Below are positions 18,735 to 28,515 of a stretch of 64,000 nucleotides of DNA, piece after piece. The stretch lies in NCBI GenBank assembly GCA_003151535.1, contig PLXT01000115.1:33941-97940 (forward strand). Reading direction: 5' to 3'. Position numbers and translations under genes: made by a program. Each line of letters opens with the position of its first letter. Positions within the stretch are counted from its first letter, which is position 1. Below the pieces are notes generated by a model. It was not told where the DNA came from, searched no databases, and worked only from the letters and a program-made list of their open reading frames with translations. The DNA is from Methanobacterium sp. (lineage in GTDB: Archaea > Methanobacteriota > Methanobacteria > Methanobacteriales > Methanobacteriaceae).

Positions 18735-19067
18735 TTATTTAATTTCGTCAAACCAAACGACGCCATTTAATAATGTTCTTTCCATCCTAATATGACCACC
18801 AATACCATATTCCCAATATGAAAAACGATACCCACCATCTGATCCATATGTCGAAACATCTGTGTAGATGGGAAGCTTATATGTAACAGTCTTAACACTT
18901 CCGTTCACCAATTCAACCCTAAAGGTTCTTTTAACCATTGTATGGTCATAATTATTCCATTGTTCGGCTATTACGGTAATTAGTGCTGCTAGGGTAAGTA
19001 ACATTATAATTGATAATGTCGAAGATATCGAAAATATAAATTTCATAACGCTTACGATTTTAAACAT
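18735..19067 (-). CDS. membrane-anchored protein (110 aa)
   Basis: N-terminal TM segment. Confidence 0.4.
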   Translation of the reverse strand: MFKIVSVMKFIFSISSTLSIIMLLTLAALITVIAEQWNNYDHTMVKRTFRVELVNGSVKTVTYKLPIYTDVSTYGSDGGYRFSYWEYGIGGHIRMERTLLNGVVWFDEIK

Positions 19068-19260
19068 TTATCTTTTAAATCCATACCTATTTGCATCCAG
19101 GTGCTTCTTCTACCAATAGTATATCCATTTTCACTATTTATAAGTAAGAACATCCCTATAACACTAGCAACTAAAAATAAAGTGGCGAACATCCAAATAA
19201 TAAAAACTACGTATTTCATAAAGTATTTTTTTTATGCCATTCAATATTGTTTTTCGTCCA

Positions 19261-19608
19261 TCAGACAGGTATTATTAATTCACGTTTATTCTCCAAGTCA
19301 AACTCCAAATTCCAATCGCAACTATTTGGAGTATTATCTTGCCAACTTCTTAGTACTATATCACACACGTACACCTTCTCTTGTTCTTCCATATTACTAC
19401 TCACTACACCTAAATTATTGTTATTATCAAGATCCAATATTTCATTTAATGTGATAGTCTTTTCAATTATCTCATTACTCGTCTCATCACGTAGAAGCTT
19501 ATCAATTCCAGTTAAACGTAATACTACATTACTACTTTCTTTGATTAGGATGCCCTCGCCATTACCCAGTATTGCAACAATACAATCCTTATAAGTAGCA
19601 GTTGTCAT
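19261..19608 (-). CDS. hypothetical protein (115 aa)
   Basis: ORF only. Confidence 0.4.
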   Translation of the reverse strand: MTTATYKDCIVAILGNGEGILIKESSNVVLRLTGIDKLLRDETSNEIIEKTITLNEILDLDNNNNLGVVSSNMEEQEKVYVCDIVLRSWQDNTPNSCDWNLEFDLENKRELIIPV

Positions 19609-19613
19609 GATAA

Positions 19614-21164
19614 TTAGATTATGAGTTTCTTGCGAATTTCTTCAAAAGTAGTGATATTCTCAAACTCACCGTCCCTATACAATACTTTTAATGCACCCTC
19701 TTTTTCTTCGGCCATACTAACTTTTTCAATCAGTTCGTAAGTACCGCTTTCCCCAATCACTTTTCCCAATCCTGTTGCTGATTTTTTAGTACCGTCATCA
19801 GTTATGGGATCTTTGAATATTTCACGCTCTTCACCGTTTACGATGACGAAAGTAGCCTTCATCGCAAACCCAAAGGTGTCACGTGTATTAAACTGATATG
19901 TAAAGCTACCCACACCCAATACAATATTGGTGCTAGCGAAGCCTTTATCTGCTAAGCGCTGACAAATTTCTTCGGCACGTGCAATCGTGATAGAATCTCC
20001 GTACAAAGCCCCAATGTGCGTATCTAAGACTTTATAACCTTGGTCATTAATAGTGCCGCCGAAGACTTCCCATAGCAATTCAATAACTCCTTTGCATGCT
20101 GGGATATCTTTTTCTTCGATAAGCCTATCTGGCATGAATCTATTATCTAGGGTATAATATTTACCGTCAACTATAGTAAACTCTTTGTGACCACAAATTA
20201 TATCAACAGGATTACCACTGTCAGGACGTAAAACCAATTTACCATCACGAGCTAAAATTTCATTCTTCAGTGTACGAACATGCTGGGTACAGACTTTCCA
20301 TAAATCCCATGTGTCAGCTACAACACCCAATATACCTGTAGGATATATAGTGAACAGTCTGCGGATTGTTTCTACTTCATCATCTTTTTTACCTGCGCAC
20401 ATTACGCTGTGTTCAGTTGCAGGTACGGTACCAATAACTTGACCTTGTGCATTATAGTATTTTCTAGCACCATTAATAACTGGCAGTGTATCAGATCCCA
20501 TGAATGATGTGGCATGACCCAATCCAGAAGTTATTGATGGTCCAATGCCATCCATTCCACGCATGCTGAAATCATGCGCCTGCCAATCCACAAACCACGC
20601 TCTTCCTATGTCAGTTTTTTGCTGCCAATAAGACAAAAGTTTACGATAAGAATGTGCAATAGTTGCAGAAGTCATTGGCTTCCACAGCAAGTTAGAGATG
20701 ATTGTTTCAAGGAAGTTTGTAACCCAAAAAAAATCTGGGTGTGTATTTTTTATCGTTAATACTGGAACGCGAATTGGAACCAATGTACCTTCTTCCAATA
20801 TTTTCACTTCAATGGGTAGATACCCTAAGTCATGTAACCGTTCAATACGACTTACATCATAATTAACACCCAAAAGCAAAGAATATTCTCTTTTGATCTC
20901 TTGGCAAACTACATTCTTTGGTTTACTAAAAAACCCATACTGGAAGAGAGAATGTATTTCAATCATTGTCATTTGTTGACCAAATGACACTACTTGTTCA
21001 CAACCTTGTGGAGCATACTTATTACTTCTGGGCGTAAAGTTTGAACACACAAATGTTGTACCATCAGGATATTGAGGGGGGTGAGAAGTTTTGTACCCAT
21101 CACATAATAAAAATGGGTTAATAATGTCTGACACTAATTGCCAATTAATAGATTGATTGCTCAT
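19614..21164 (-). CDS. nicotinamide phosphoribosyltransferase (NAMPT/NadV) family enzyme; alternatively a NARP1-type nicotinamide ADP-ribose transferase
   Basis: LLCDGYKTSH, HDFSMRGMDG, GSDT, ATEHSV, RPDSGNP, GDSI and FKDPI motifs align along the whole NAMPT sequence. Confidence 0.85.
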   Translation of the reverse strand: MSNQSINWQLVSDIINPFLLCDGYKTSHPPQYPDGTTFVCSNFTPRSNKYAPQGCEQVVSFGQQMTMIEIHSLFQYGFFSKPKNVVCQEIKREYSLLLGVNYDVSRIERLHDLGYLPIEVKILEEGTLVPIRVPVLTIKNTHPDFFWVTNFLETIISNLLWKPMTSATIAHSYRKLLSYWQQKTDIGRAWFVDWQAHDFSMRGMDGIGPSITSGLGHATSFMGSDTLPVINGARKYYNAQGQVIGTVPATEHSVMCAGKKDDEVETIRRLFTIYPTGILGVVADTWDLWKVCTQHVRTLKNEILARDGKLVLRPDSGNPVDIICGHKEFTIVDGKYYTLDNRFMPDRLIEEKDIPACKGVIELLWEVFGGTINDQGYKVLDTHIGALYGDSITIARAEEICQRLADKGFASTNIVLGVGSFTYQFNTRDTFGFAMKATFVIVNGEEREIFKDPITDDGTKKSATGLGKVIGESGTYELIEKVSMAEEKEGALKVLYRDGEFENITTFEEIRKKLII

Positions 21165-21173
21165 GTTTTGGGG

Positions 21174-21941
21174 TTAAAAAAGTTTTATTATTGTAAGATT
21201 GTTTAAATCGTATTCGTCATATTTGCTATTGGTACAAAATACCGTTTCGTATAATGTCTCCAACTCTTTATTGGGATTCTTAACTGTCATATGACTTACA
21301 GCTAGATATAATTTACCCACGTTGCGATCCTTAAGCATCTTTGCAAGGCCCAAAAACGTCCCTCCAACCACGCATATGTCATCCGCAATTAAAATGTCTT
21401 TACCTTGGAAATCTTGCCGATCAATAACTTGTGTGAGCTTATGCGTGTGAGGATCACGGGCTTTATTGGCTCCATATACCTCACCATCGAATGATATAAT
21501 ATCGGCTAGCTTATTGATCCATTTGTAAGATCCTGCGTCCGTGGAAAGCAAAATAGGTTTTGGTGGTATTTCTGAAAGAACAGTTTTGATAAATTTGCTA
21601 TTATCAATAATTCGCACATTGTTTAGAAGTGCTGGTGTGATATCGCTATGAGGATGGAAAACATGTACCTTACCAAAGTTACAAGAGTTTATGAAATCAC
21701 ATACCAATTTCAATTCAAAGGATTGGTTGTCTGAAAACCTACGATCATGCTGTTGCTGAAACATACACGGAATTCTCAATTCAACATCTTTAATTCCGTT
21801 ATAATCACAACTGTCTTTCAGTGATTTTACAAAAAATAGATCTTCGTAGGAATTTATTTTTTCTGTAATTATGGGGTTGGTAAAATCATCAATACTGGCA
21901 TACACGCCGTTATCAGGGTATCGGTTTCTTTTATACTGCAT
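21174..21941 (-). CDS. truncated ribose-phosphate pyrophosphokinase (Prs)-like enzyme, 255 aa (candidate ADP-ribose pyrophosphokinase of NARP1)
   Basis: PRPP/phosphoribosyl-binding loop ILIADDICVVGGT and Prs C-terminal half similarity; the N-terminal Prs half is missing. Confidence 0.6.
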   Translation of the reverse strand: MQYKRNRYPDNGVYASIDDFTNPIITEKINSYEDLFFVKSLKDSCDYNGIKDVELRIPCMFQQQHDRRFSDNQSFELKLVCDFINSCNFGKVHVFHPHSDITPALLNNVRIIDNSKFIKTVLSEIPPKPILLSTDAGSYKWINKLADIISFDGEVYGANKARDPHTHKLTQVIDRQDFQGKDILIADDICVVGGTFLGLAKMLKDRNVGKLYLAVSHMTVKNPNKELETLYETVFCTNSKYDEYDLNNLTIIKLF

Positions 21942-22009
21942 TTTAATAAATTTAATTTAACTTTTTAGTATAGCCTCAAAAACCTCCTCTATGTTTCATA
22001 ATTTAATTA

Positions 22010-22942
22010 TTATGCTGGGCAATGAATAATTTCTTTTCCGCGACCAATACTTGGCTTAGCTTTATCTGGGTTATTTCTCATCCATTCTTGGACAAACCAT
22101 AATTGCCCACAGCCTCCGCCTATATCGTCCTGACCTGCTGGATTAAAGACACGAGTAGAAAAACCTCTATTAGCCAATTCAGTTGTAAAATCAAGCGCCA
22201 ATTCTTCTTGCCTTTTATTGGCTGCAGCAATATGTTCATCACGTTCACATATTACAGATATAGTGGCTTCCCAGTGAGTTGGGTTAAATAATTCCAATAA
22301 TCTATCGGCATCCTCTTGGGTGTTATTTTTCTCATGCACACAATAGTTAAAAAATGCTTTTCGGCCTGTAGTAGAATGAAACTTTGTACCCACTTCAGCT
22401 ATCTTACTTAAAGTTAATTTTTTAGCAAAAGGAATGAGTTTATTCCGAGCTTCATCGGAAGATTCATGTACGGAAAATTGTAGACCAATTTTAGGTATTT
22501 CTACCGATAACGAAATTAGCTCATCGTATGAATCTACATCAGGCCCAGATGTGCTTATTAATAGTGCTGCGTTGGGATACAGTTCATGAAGTTTGTTAAG
22601 AGCAATTTTAAGATTCTTGAAGTTAAGGAAAGGTTCCCCCATACTCATAAACATAATTTGAAGTCTACCTATATCCTTAACGTCAACGTTAGTAGTTTCC
22701 AGAAGGTGAACTGGTTGTGAAATTATTTCTTCACTTGTTAAAGACCTTACAAAGTTATCTCCAGCGCCACAGAATCTGCATCCCACTGGACAACCACTTT
22801 GAGTACTACAACAAATAACTGTTCTGTCCTCATATGTTGGATATTTGTATAACACTGACTCGGCAACTGCTGAATCTTTAGTGAAGACAAATTTCTTAAC
22901 ATTAGTATCAGTACTTTGAATTTCTTTAATATCGCTCCACAT
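22010..22942 (-). CDS. radical SAM methyltransferase of the RlmN/Cfr family (310 aa)
   Basis: CPVGCRFCGAG cluster (CxxxCxxC), MGEPFLN, ISTSG and C-terminal GQDDIGGGCGQL motifs parallel RlmN (MGMGEPLLN, LSTSG, GDDIDAACGQL). Confidence 0.65.
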   Translation of the reverse strand: MWSDIKEIQSTDTNVKKFVFTKDSAVAESVLYKYPTYEDRTVICCSTQSGCPVGCRFCGAGDNFVRSLTSEEIISQPVHLLETTNVDVKDIGRLQIMFMSMGEPFLNFKNLKIALNKLHELYPNAALLISTSGPDVDSYDELISLSVEIPKIGLQFSVHESSDEARNKLIPFAKKLTLSKIAEVGTKFHSTTGRKAFFNYCVHEKNNTQEDADRLLELFNPTHWEATISVICERDEHIAAANKRQEELALDFTTELANRGFSTRVFNPAGQDDIGGGCGQLWFVQEWMRNNPDKAKPSIGRGKEIIHCPA

Positions 22943-22973
22943 AAGAAGGGTTTTTAATTAATAAATAAATTAT

Positions 22974-23516
22974 TTAAATATTCAAACATTGGTTGGAATG
23001 GTGTTTTGCCTCGCCGAATCCCAACTTTGAGATAAAGTGTGCGTTTTCTTTTTGATACGTAGTAAACATTTTACTTTTTGTCATCTTGGAATATTGCACA
23101 TTTGCAATTCTATCACATAACTTAACGAACACAGCGGCATTGATCTTAACTATCCCAGCATAATATTTATCATTGGCTCTTTCTTCACGAGTTTTACCTT
23201 TCTCATTAGAGACTGCGTATATTATATCAGCGGCTTCTTCACCCAAATGGCCAAACACATCATTGTAAGACACCCTGCAATCCTCAATTAAATCATGGCC
23301 CCAGCATGCACGTATAATTATTTCCCTGTTATATTCTCGTTTCTCCCGATTATAATTTATACCAGACAGAGTACTATCCAAATACAAATCGATAAAATCT
23401 TTTGCGACATTTACAACCATACGCAAATGAAATTCGTATGGCAAGTATTCAGAATACATGTAACATGTTCTTACATGTTGTTGGATACACCAGTTAGAAA
23501 TTAGCTCTTGTGTCAT
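22974..23516 (-). CDS. HD-domain phosphohydrolase
   Basis: H...HD motif (WGHDLIEDC) with downstream His/Asp residues. Confidence 0.55.
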   Translation of the reverse strand: MTQELISNWCIQQHVRTCYMYSEYLPYEFHLRMVVNVAKDFIDLYLDSTLSGINYNREKREYNREIIIRACWGHDLIEDCRVSYNDVFGHLGEEAADIIYAVSNEKGKTREERANDKYYAGIVKINAAVFVKLCDRIANVQYSKMTKSKMFTTYQKENAHFISKLGFGEAKHHSNQCLNI

Positions 23517-23577
23517 AACGCTTATTTGATTAAATATACTAAATATTTTTGGTTAAATATCAAAACAAATCCTTTAT

Positions 23578-23745
23578 TTTACCATAAAATATCTTAACGG
23601 CTATACTTAGTATGATAGCAATAAACGATACTAACCCCAGTATTTGCATTGTTTGCCAAAAATGAAACAGTAACACGTACACGGCAAATAAAACACACAA
23701 TGTTTTACTGATATTTTTAATTTCAGACGTAGACATTATAAAATT
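23578..23745 (-). CDS. small membrane protein (about 55 aa, below the ORF-track cutoff)
   Basis: minus-strand ORF MSTSEIKNISKTLCVLFAVYVLLFHFWQ... filling the gap between neighbours. Confidence 0.3.
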
Positions 23746-24249
23746 CTATTTTAATCCCTTTGTTAAAACTAAATCTTCTTTATCTTCAAAGTACTCAATC
23801 GGTAAACCATTTTCCTTTGTATATTCTCCTACTGTAGAAGCATCAATAAATCCATTCTTGTGATAGAAGTTTAACGGCTTTTTATTTTTATCGATATAAA
23901 CACATAGTTCAGTGCAATTTTCCTTTATTGCTTTTTCTTCCAATTGATTGAGAACAAGAGTACCTAAATTTTTGTTTCTATATTCATCTAAAACACCAAA
24001 CCACCCTAGCCACAATTGATCTGTAGATCCTGGGTGCAATGAATAAAGGCCACATATCCCTATTGTCTTTCTTTTATATTTGATAATGAAAACTTCCCAA
24101 AAATGTTCTGATTTATCTCCCTTATCTAGCACTCCGCACCACGATAAAATAGCATGATAATAAGTATAACCAAAATCTAAAATAAAGCCCTCTAATATAG
24201 GGCGATAGGCTTTCAGTCGTCGTGTCTGAACTAATGAAATTAAACACAT
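23746..24249 (-). CDS. GNAT-family N-acetyltransferase
   Basis: acetyl-CoA-binding-like segment GVLDEYRNKNLGTLVLNQLEEKA. Confidence 0.5.
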   Translation of the reverse strand: MCLISLVQTRRLKAYRPILEGFILDFGYTYYHAILSWCGVLDKGDKSEHFWEVFIIKYKRKTIGICGLYSLHPGSTDQLWLGWFGVLDEYRNKNLGTLVLNQLEEKAIKENCTELCVYIDKNKKPLNFYHKNGFIDASTVGEYTKENGLPIEYFEDKEDLVLTKGLK

Positions 24250-24314
24250 TAAATAGTCTTTATGGAATGAACTTATAAGTCTGGTTGCTCTTTTTTGTTA
24301 TTTTTTATATTAGT

Positions 24315-24602
24315 TTAAATTGGCAACCATTTTATTTTCCAAAATTCATACCATTTCCTTTTAGCCTGTAACTTACACTCACTAAAAGGATTTGTTCCGA
24401 AAGATACTTTGTTGTAATATTTGGCTGTTAATACATTTATGAATACTTCATGATAGTTTGGTGGTATGCTGGCAAAATCTGATATTATATCCACTGTCAA
24501 ATCTATTGGGCCTTCTTGGGTTATCACAGTTAATACTTCCGACATTCTAACAATCGTGGATGCCTTAACATTAAGGACATCTGATTGAAGGTTATATTCC
24601 AT
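24315..24602 (-). CDS. hypothetical protein (95 aa)
   Basis: ORF only. Confidence 0.4.
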   Translation of the reverse strand: MEYNLQSDVLNVKASTIVRMSEVLTVITQEGPIDLTVDIISDFASIPPNYHEVFINVLTAKYYNKVSFGTNPFSECKLQAKRKWYEFWKIKWLPI

Positions 24603-24638
24603 AATTAAAATTTAATTGATTTCACGAGTTAAAGGTGA

Positions 24639-25580
24639 TTAGAAGCGAATCCCCTTGATATATTCTATATGTTCCTCGGACATTGGTGCCCCAGTGAAAT
24701 TGAGGGTTAAAAAAGTGGTCAACACATCCTCCTCGCTTGCAGACTCAGATAATTCACCCACGGTCAAAGCATCGTAGTTTAAAAACCTTCTTTGAGCATT
24801 TGCTGATAAATCCTCAAAAAAGTTTCCATATTCGTCAGGGAATTTATTCTGTACAAATTCTAATATAGCGTGAAACCGTTGTTTGCCATCTACACAATCG
24901 AAATTAAAGCCATGCCCTGTCTCGATGACTTCTTTTTCGATGTGCGCCCAAGCATGATATTTAAATAAGAATTTACCTATTTCAATACCATTGTATATAC
25001 TGGAGATTAGAAGCTGTTTTTCATGTTTCGTCCATACCAATGGTCTTTGATAATACTTTACACCTTCTGATGTCGTAACATATGGGTTGAAATTAATTCC
25101 TCCATACGTCTTACCAAAATGATCTCCGTCCTCTTTCTTGTCGAAATGATTATAATCTGGGGTGTTAAATAAATCACTTTTTCTACCATATCCACCACGG
25201 CTCAATATACTTTCAATTGAGTTGTTATAAAATCTAACATCAACGGTTCGTTTAAATGGATTTGCACCGCATGCGAATGTGTTTTGTTTAACAAACTCAG
25301 CCTTAACAACTTTATCATCATATTCATAACCTTTTAAAGCAATTTCAGAAGGTATACTGTGACTGTAACTCTCAATGTCATAACATAATCCATGAACTGG
25401 GCTATCGATAATTTTTAGTATATCGCCACTAAGATAAAACACAGTATCCGTAGATGTCTGAACAAATTTACCCTTAACCTTAACCGAACCAATTTTCTTA
25501 TATGGCACCCTAACATCTACATAATCACCAACTTTAATGGGTTTCTGTAATTGGGCTTGTATTTCTTGACTCTTGCTCAT
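24639..25580 (-). CDS. protein with C-terminal ParB/DUF262-like (DGQQR-type) domain
   Basis: FDCVDGKQRFHAILEF resembles the DGQQR motif of DUF262/ParB-like nucleases. Confidence 0.35.
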   Translation of the reverse strand: MSKSQEIQAQLQKPIKVGDYVDVRVPYKKIGSVKVKGKFVQTSTDTVFYLSGDILKIIDSPVHGLCYDIESYSHSIPSEIALKGYEYDDKVVKAEFVKQNTFACGANPFKRTVDVRFYNNSIESILSRGGYGRKSDLFNTPDYNHFDKKEDGDHFGKTYGGINFNPYVTTSEGVKYYQRPLVWTKHEKQLLISSIYNGIEIGKFLFKYHAWAHIEKEVIETGHGFNFDCVDGKQRFHAILEFVQNKFPDEYGNFFEDLSANAQRRFLNYDALTVGELSESASEEDVLTTFLTLNFTGAPMSEEHIEYIKGIRF

Positions 25581-25752
25581 GTTTTAAGGTGTTTATTTTT
25601 GTTATCAGTTCGTTTAAGACTCTATCAAGTTCTCTCCTTTTTGGTGTTTCTGGACTATAAATCAATGCTAAGTCCTTAGAGTATTTGAAATGTTCCCAAT
25701 AATTAAATTGAAGTATTTCTAACTGGATTGTCATCGAGTGCAAATATAACAA
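25534..25752 (-). CDS. hypothetical protein (72 aa)
   Basis: ORF only. Confidence 0.3.
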   Translation of the reverse strand: MLYLHSMTIQLEILQFNYWEHFKYSKDLALIYSPETPKRRELDRVLNELITKINTLKHEQESRNTSPITETH

Positions 25753-25781
25753 AACTTCTTTACTATAGCAAAACTTATTTA

Positions 25782-26300
25782 CTATAACTCGTTAGAGTTA
25801 AGTATTTTACCGTTATTTAAAATTTTTTTTGCTTGAAAAACATTTCCCATTGTTAGTCCTACAAATCTATCAATCAAAAGGAAATTATTCCTTTGCCAAT
25901 ATAACATATCAGAATCATCATCCAATATGACATATTCAGTGAATTGATAATAGGGACCGACCAACGCTTCATTATCTTTAACCCAAGTTAATATCTCATT
26001 GCCTCTAAGACAATTATCACTACGTAAATTTGGTGTGATATCCAATATTTCTCCTTTGAATTTGTGAAATTCAAGTGCGTTTCTGCACTGCTCAATACCA
26101 TCACTTCTCCATGTTGAAGAAATTACAATCTTTGCTTGGGTGTCCTTGCACAAGGAGTTTAGATTTTGAACGCATTCTGGATCAATTTGCGAAAATCTAT
26201 GTGGTAAATTATCGAATGTTTTGTTCTTTTTTATATGGCGTTCTTTATAAAATCTTTCATGATTTAAGACACCATCGATATCCAGAAATATTATCTTCAT
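25782..26300 (-). CDS. HAD-superfamily phosphatase (172 aa)
   Basis: motif I IIFLDIDGVLN, motif II ISSTWR, motif IV ILDDDSD. Confidence 0.55.
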   Translation of the reverse strand: MKIIFLDIDGVLNHERFYKERHIKKNKTFDNLPHRFSQIDPECVQNLNSLCKDTQAKIVISSTWRSDGIEQCRNALEFHKFKGEILDITPNLRSDNCLRGNEILTWVKDNEALVGPYYQFTEYVILDDDSDMLYWQRNNFLLIDRFVGLTMGNVFQAKKILNNGKILNSNEL

Positions 26301-26304
26301 GGTG

Positions 26305-26973
26305 TTATAGTTCTTTTATAGGTAGTTCTCTACCCAGCAAAGCAAAATATAAATTCTGCAGCTGATGTAAATAATGAACTATATTAATATTAACCTTAAA
26401 TTGTTCATTTCCATTATCTCTACTAAGCCACATTCCTAGTGCATCCTTATCTGTGTATTGGCCTTCTGTAGGTGCCCATAAAAATGAAATTTCATCCCCA
26501 GCTGGGTTGCTTATCAATTCCATAGCGCCATCATCTCCAGCTTCACTACCTTCTTGGGTAAATCCGCACTTTTCTAATATGCTTACGGTTAGCACAATTG
26601 GCTCATAATGTTTGACATCTACAGCATCAATTTCCAGACGTTCTGTATTGAAATTGTATCCAATTACATCTTTAATCCTTCTTATTGGATTTTCCGCAAA
26701 TGTAGATAGCTTCAATATATTACCAATTCTTAACTCTTGTATTGTTAACGTTGGGGTTGGGGTTGGTACGACTAATGCTACCTCGTTTTTGGTTAGTAAT
26801 ATTCCATCAATGGGATGCCATTCTTTTTGATTCACAAGATGTGTGCCGCCTGAGTAATCTCCTTCAAGCTCAACTTGGGTTTCTCTTAATCCCACAATCT
26901 TCATCTCTTCACGGCCCCAATAAATATCCGAGTGATAAACAATTTGACCTAGTTTCAATTTACTAACTTTCAT
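26305..26973 (-). CDS. hypothetical protein (222 aa)
   Basis: ORF only. Confidence 0.45.
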   Translation of the reverse strand: MKVSKLKLGQIVYHSDIYWGREEMKIVGLRETQVELEGDYSGGTHLVNQKEWHPIDGILLTKNEVALVVPTPTPTLTIQELRIGNILKLSTFAENPIRRIKDVIGYNFNTERLEIDAVDVKHYEPIVLTVSILEKCGFTQEGSEAGDDGAMELISNPAGDEISFLWAPTEGQYTDKDALGMWLSRDNGNEQFKVNINIVHYLHQLQNLYFALLGRELPIKEL

Positions 26974-26994
26974 ATTTTATTTTAATTTATTTAT

Positions 26995-27219
26995 TTAGCT
27001 GATAGATTTTTGAAAGGTTTTCAGTTCTTCCAATGTTTCAAAGTCATGACTTCCAAACATATTTGAATGAATTGACTTGGTGGTAAACATATCTGTTTTA
27101 CCATTTGTGTATTTTATCTCCAAAGCATATTGGCCCATGTATTCTGTAAAGTCATAAGGAATTATTTCTTTAATAAACATCTTATCTTGGCTTAATTTAG
27201 GCTCTACTTTATGTGTCAT
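26995..27219 (-). CDS. hypothetical protein (74 aa)
   Basis: ORF only. Confidence 0.35.
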   Translation of the reverse strand: MTHKVEPKLSQDKMFIKEIIPYDFTEYMGQYALEIKYTNGKTDMFTTKSIHSNMFGSHDFETLEELKTFQKSIS

Positions 27220-27221
27220 TG

Positions 27222-27782
27222 TTAATATTTTTTATCAAACCAAGCATAAAAAGCTATGTCAGCCTTATGCACACTACCTCTGACGAATGCCTCATAAGCT
27301 ATGGCTTTTACTTGTTCTCTATTCCAACTATCCTTTACAGGAAGGATTATAACTTGACCTGTATAAGCGTTTCCTAGAACTAAACTAATGTTACCATCAT
27401 TATGTAGTTCAATATATACATCCTTAATCTCCCCTTGCTTTCCTATCCATTCGTCCTCTAGCCATGTGGTAGGTATGAGAGGTAGACCAAGTGAAGGATC
27501 TGTAGTGGCTTCTAGTCTCTTCATTTTATTACTAACAAACCCCCACAAATTTTCATCGTGTGATGGTTTAGCTAACGATTTACTATCAAACATTGCCCAA
27601 TCATTATAACCAATTTTTCTATCAGAAACTAAATATAGGTGTTGGTTCCCTTCTGTTTCTATTTCATTATCGGTATTCAAATTTAACTTCTTATCGAAAT
27701 AAGGGTTATTCTCTTCCTTAAAGAAGGGGGGGCGATCATTAGTAGGAAGCATTACAGGATAGCAAAGTAATTTGTTTTCCAT
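27222..27782 (-). CDS. hypothetical protein (186 aa)
   Basis: ORF only. Confidence 0.45.
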   Translation of the reverse strand: MENKLLCYPVMLPTNDRPPFFKEENNPYFDKKLNLNTDNEIETEGNQHLYLVSDRKIGYNDWAMFDSKSLAKPSHDENLWGFVSNKMKRLEATTDPSLGLPLIPTTWLEDEWIGKQGEIKDVYIELHNDGNISLVLGNAYTGQVIILPVKDSWNREQVKAIAYEAFVRGSVHKADIAFYAWFDKKY

Positions 27783-27783
27783 A

Positions 27784-27972
27784 TTATGTCACTTTATGTA
27801 TTGTACAAACGTATGGCTGTAAGCATTTGTTGATATACTCTTCTGCCGACGACATTGAGTTAAAAGTAATTAGAGTACTCCACCAACTAAAAATAATAAG
27901 ATTGAGATCTACTTGTACATGATAAAAATGGTAAAACCCATTTTTCTCTTCTAAAACTCTATACTGTGCCAT
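27784..27972 (-). CDS. hypothetical protein (62 aa)
   Basis: ORF only. Confidence 0.3.
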   Translation of the reverse strand: MAQYRVLEEKNGFYHFYHVQVDLNLIIFSWWSTLITFNSMSSAEEYINKCLQPYVCTIHKVT

Positions 27973-27981
27973 AATTACAAA

Positions 27982-28305
27982 TTATAATTGAGCTAAAATT
28001 GTTTCTTCCACTATTTTATAGTTTCCTTCTACCATACCATTGGCAGTATCATAATAATTTATAAAATTAAGAAGTATTCTTACCAACAATACGTCATCAT
28101 ACTCCAGTTTTTTTATTTTTTTATCAAATGAAATATTATCACCAGTATCAGTGATGGTAAAAAATAATGTTCCTTTCGTTTCTTCACGCCAACAATCATT
28201 ATTGGATGCGAATATATCAAATCTTATTACCGTATCTTTAGTTACAATAATATTATATTCATGATCCCCTTCCGATGTTAATACTCTAAATGTTTCAGTT
28301 TCCAT
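27982..28305 (-). CDS. hypothetical protein (107 aa)
   Basis: ORF only. Confidence 0.4.
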   Translation of the reverse strand: METETFRVLTSEGDHEYNIIVTKDTVIRFDIFASNNDCWREETKGTLFFTITDTGDNISFDKKIKKLEYDDVLLVRILLNFINYYDTANGMVEGNYKIVEETILAQL

Positions 28306-28514
28306 TATATTTTTTTTAAAAATACAAACCTATATACTTCATAGCCCAATAATAAGAAGAAAAATATGTTCTCAACACCCAACAAAATTCGCATTGATCG
28401 TGGCCATTGAAATACATTTTCTATAGGGATTAAGAGAGGTATTGATAACAACAATAAGTAAAAAAATTGTCGCGTTCTTGTCATTCTATTCCAAGGAGCC
28501 ATTAATTTTTTCAT
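28305..28514 (-). CDS. small membrane protein (69 aa)
   Basis: hydrophobic ORF. Confidence 0.35.
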   Translation of the reverse strand: MKKLMAPWNRMTRTRQFFYLLLLSIPLLIPIENVFQWPRSMRILLGVENIFFFLLLGYEVYRFVFLKKI

Positions 28515-28515
28515 A

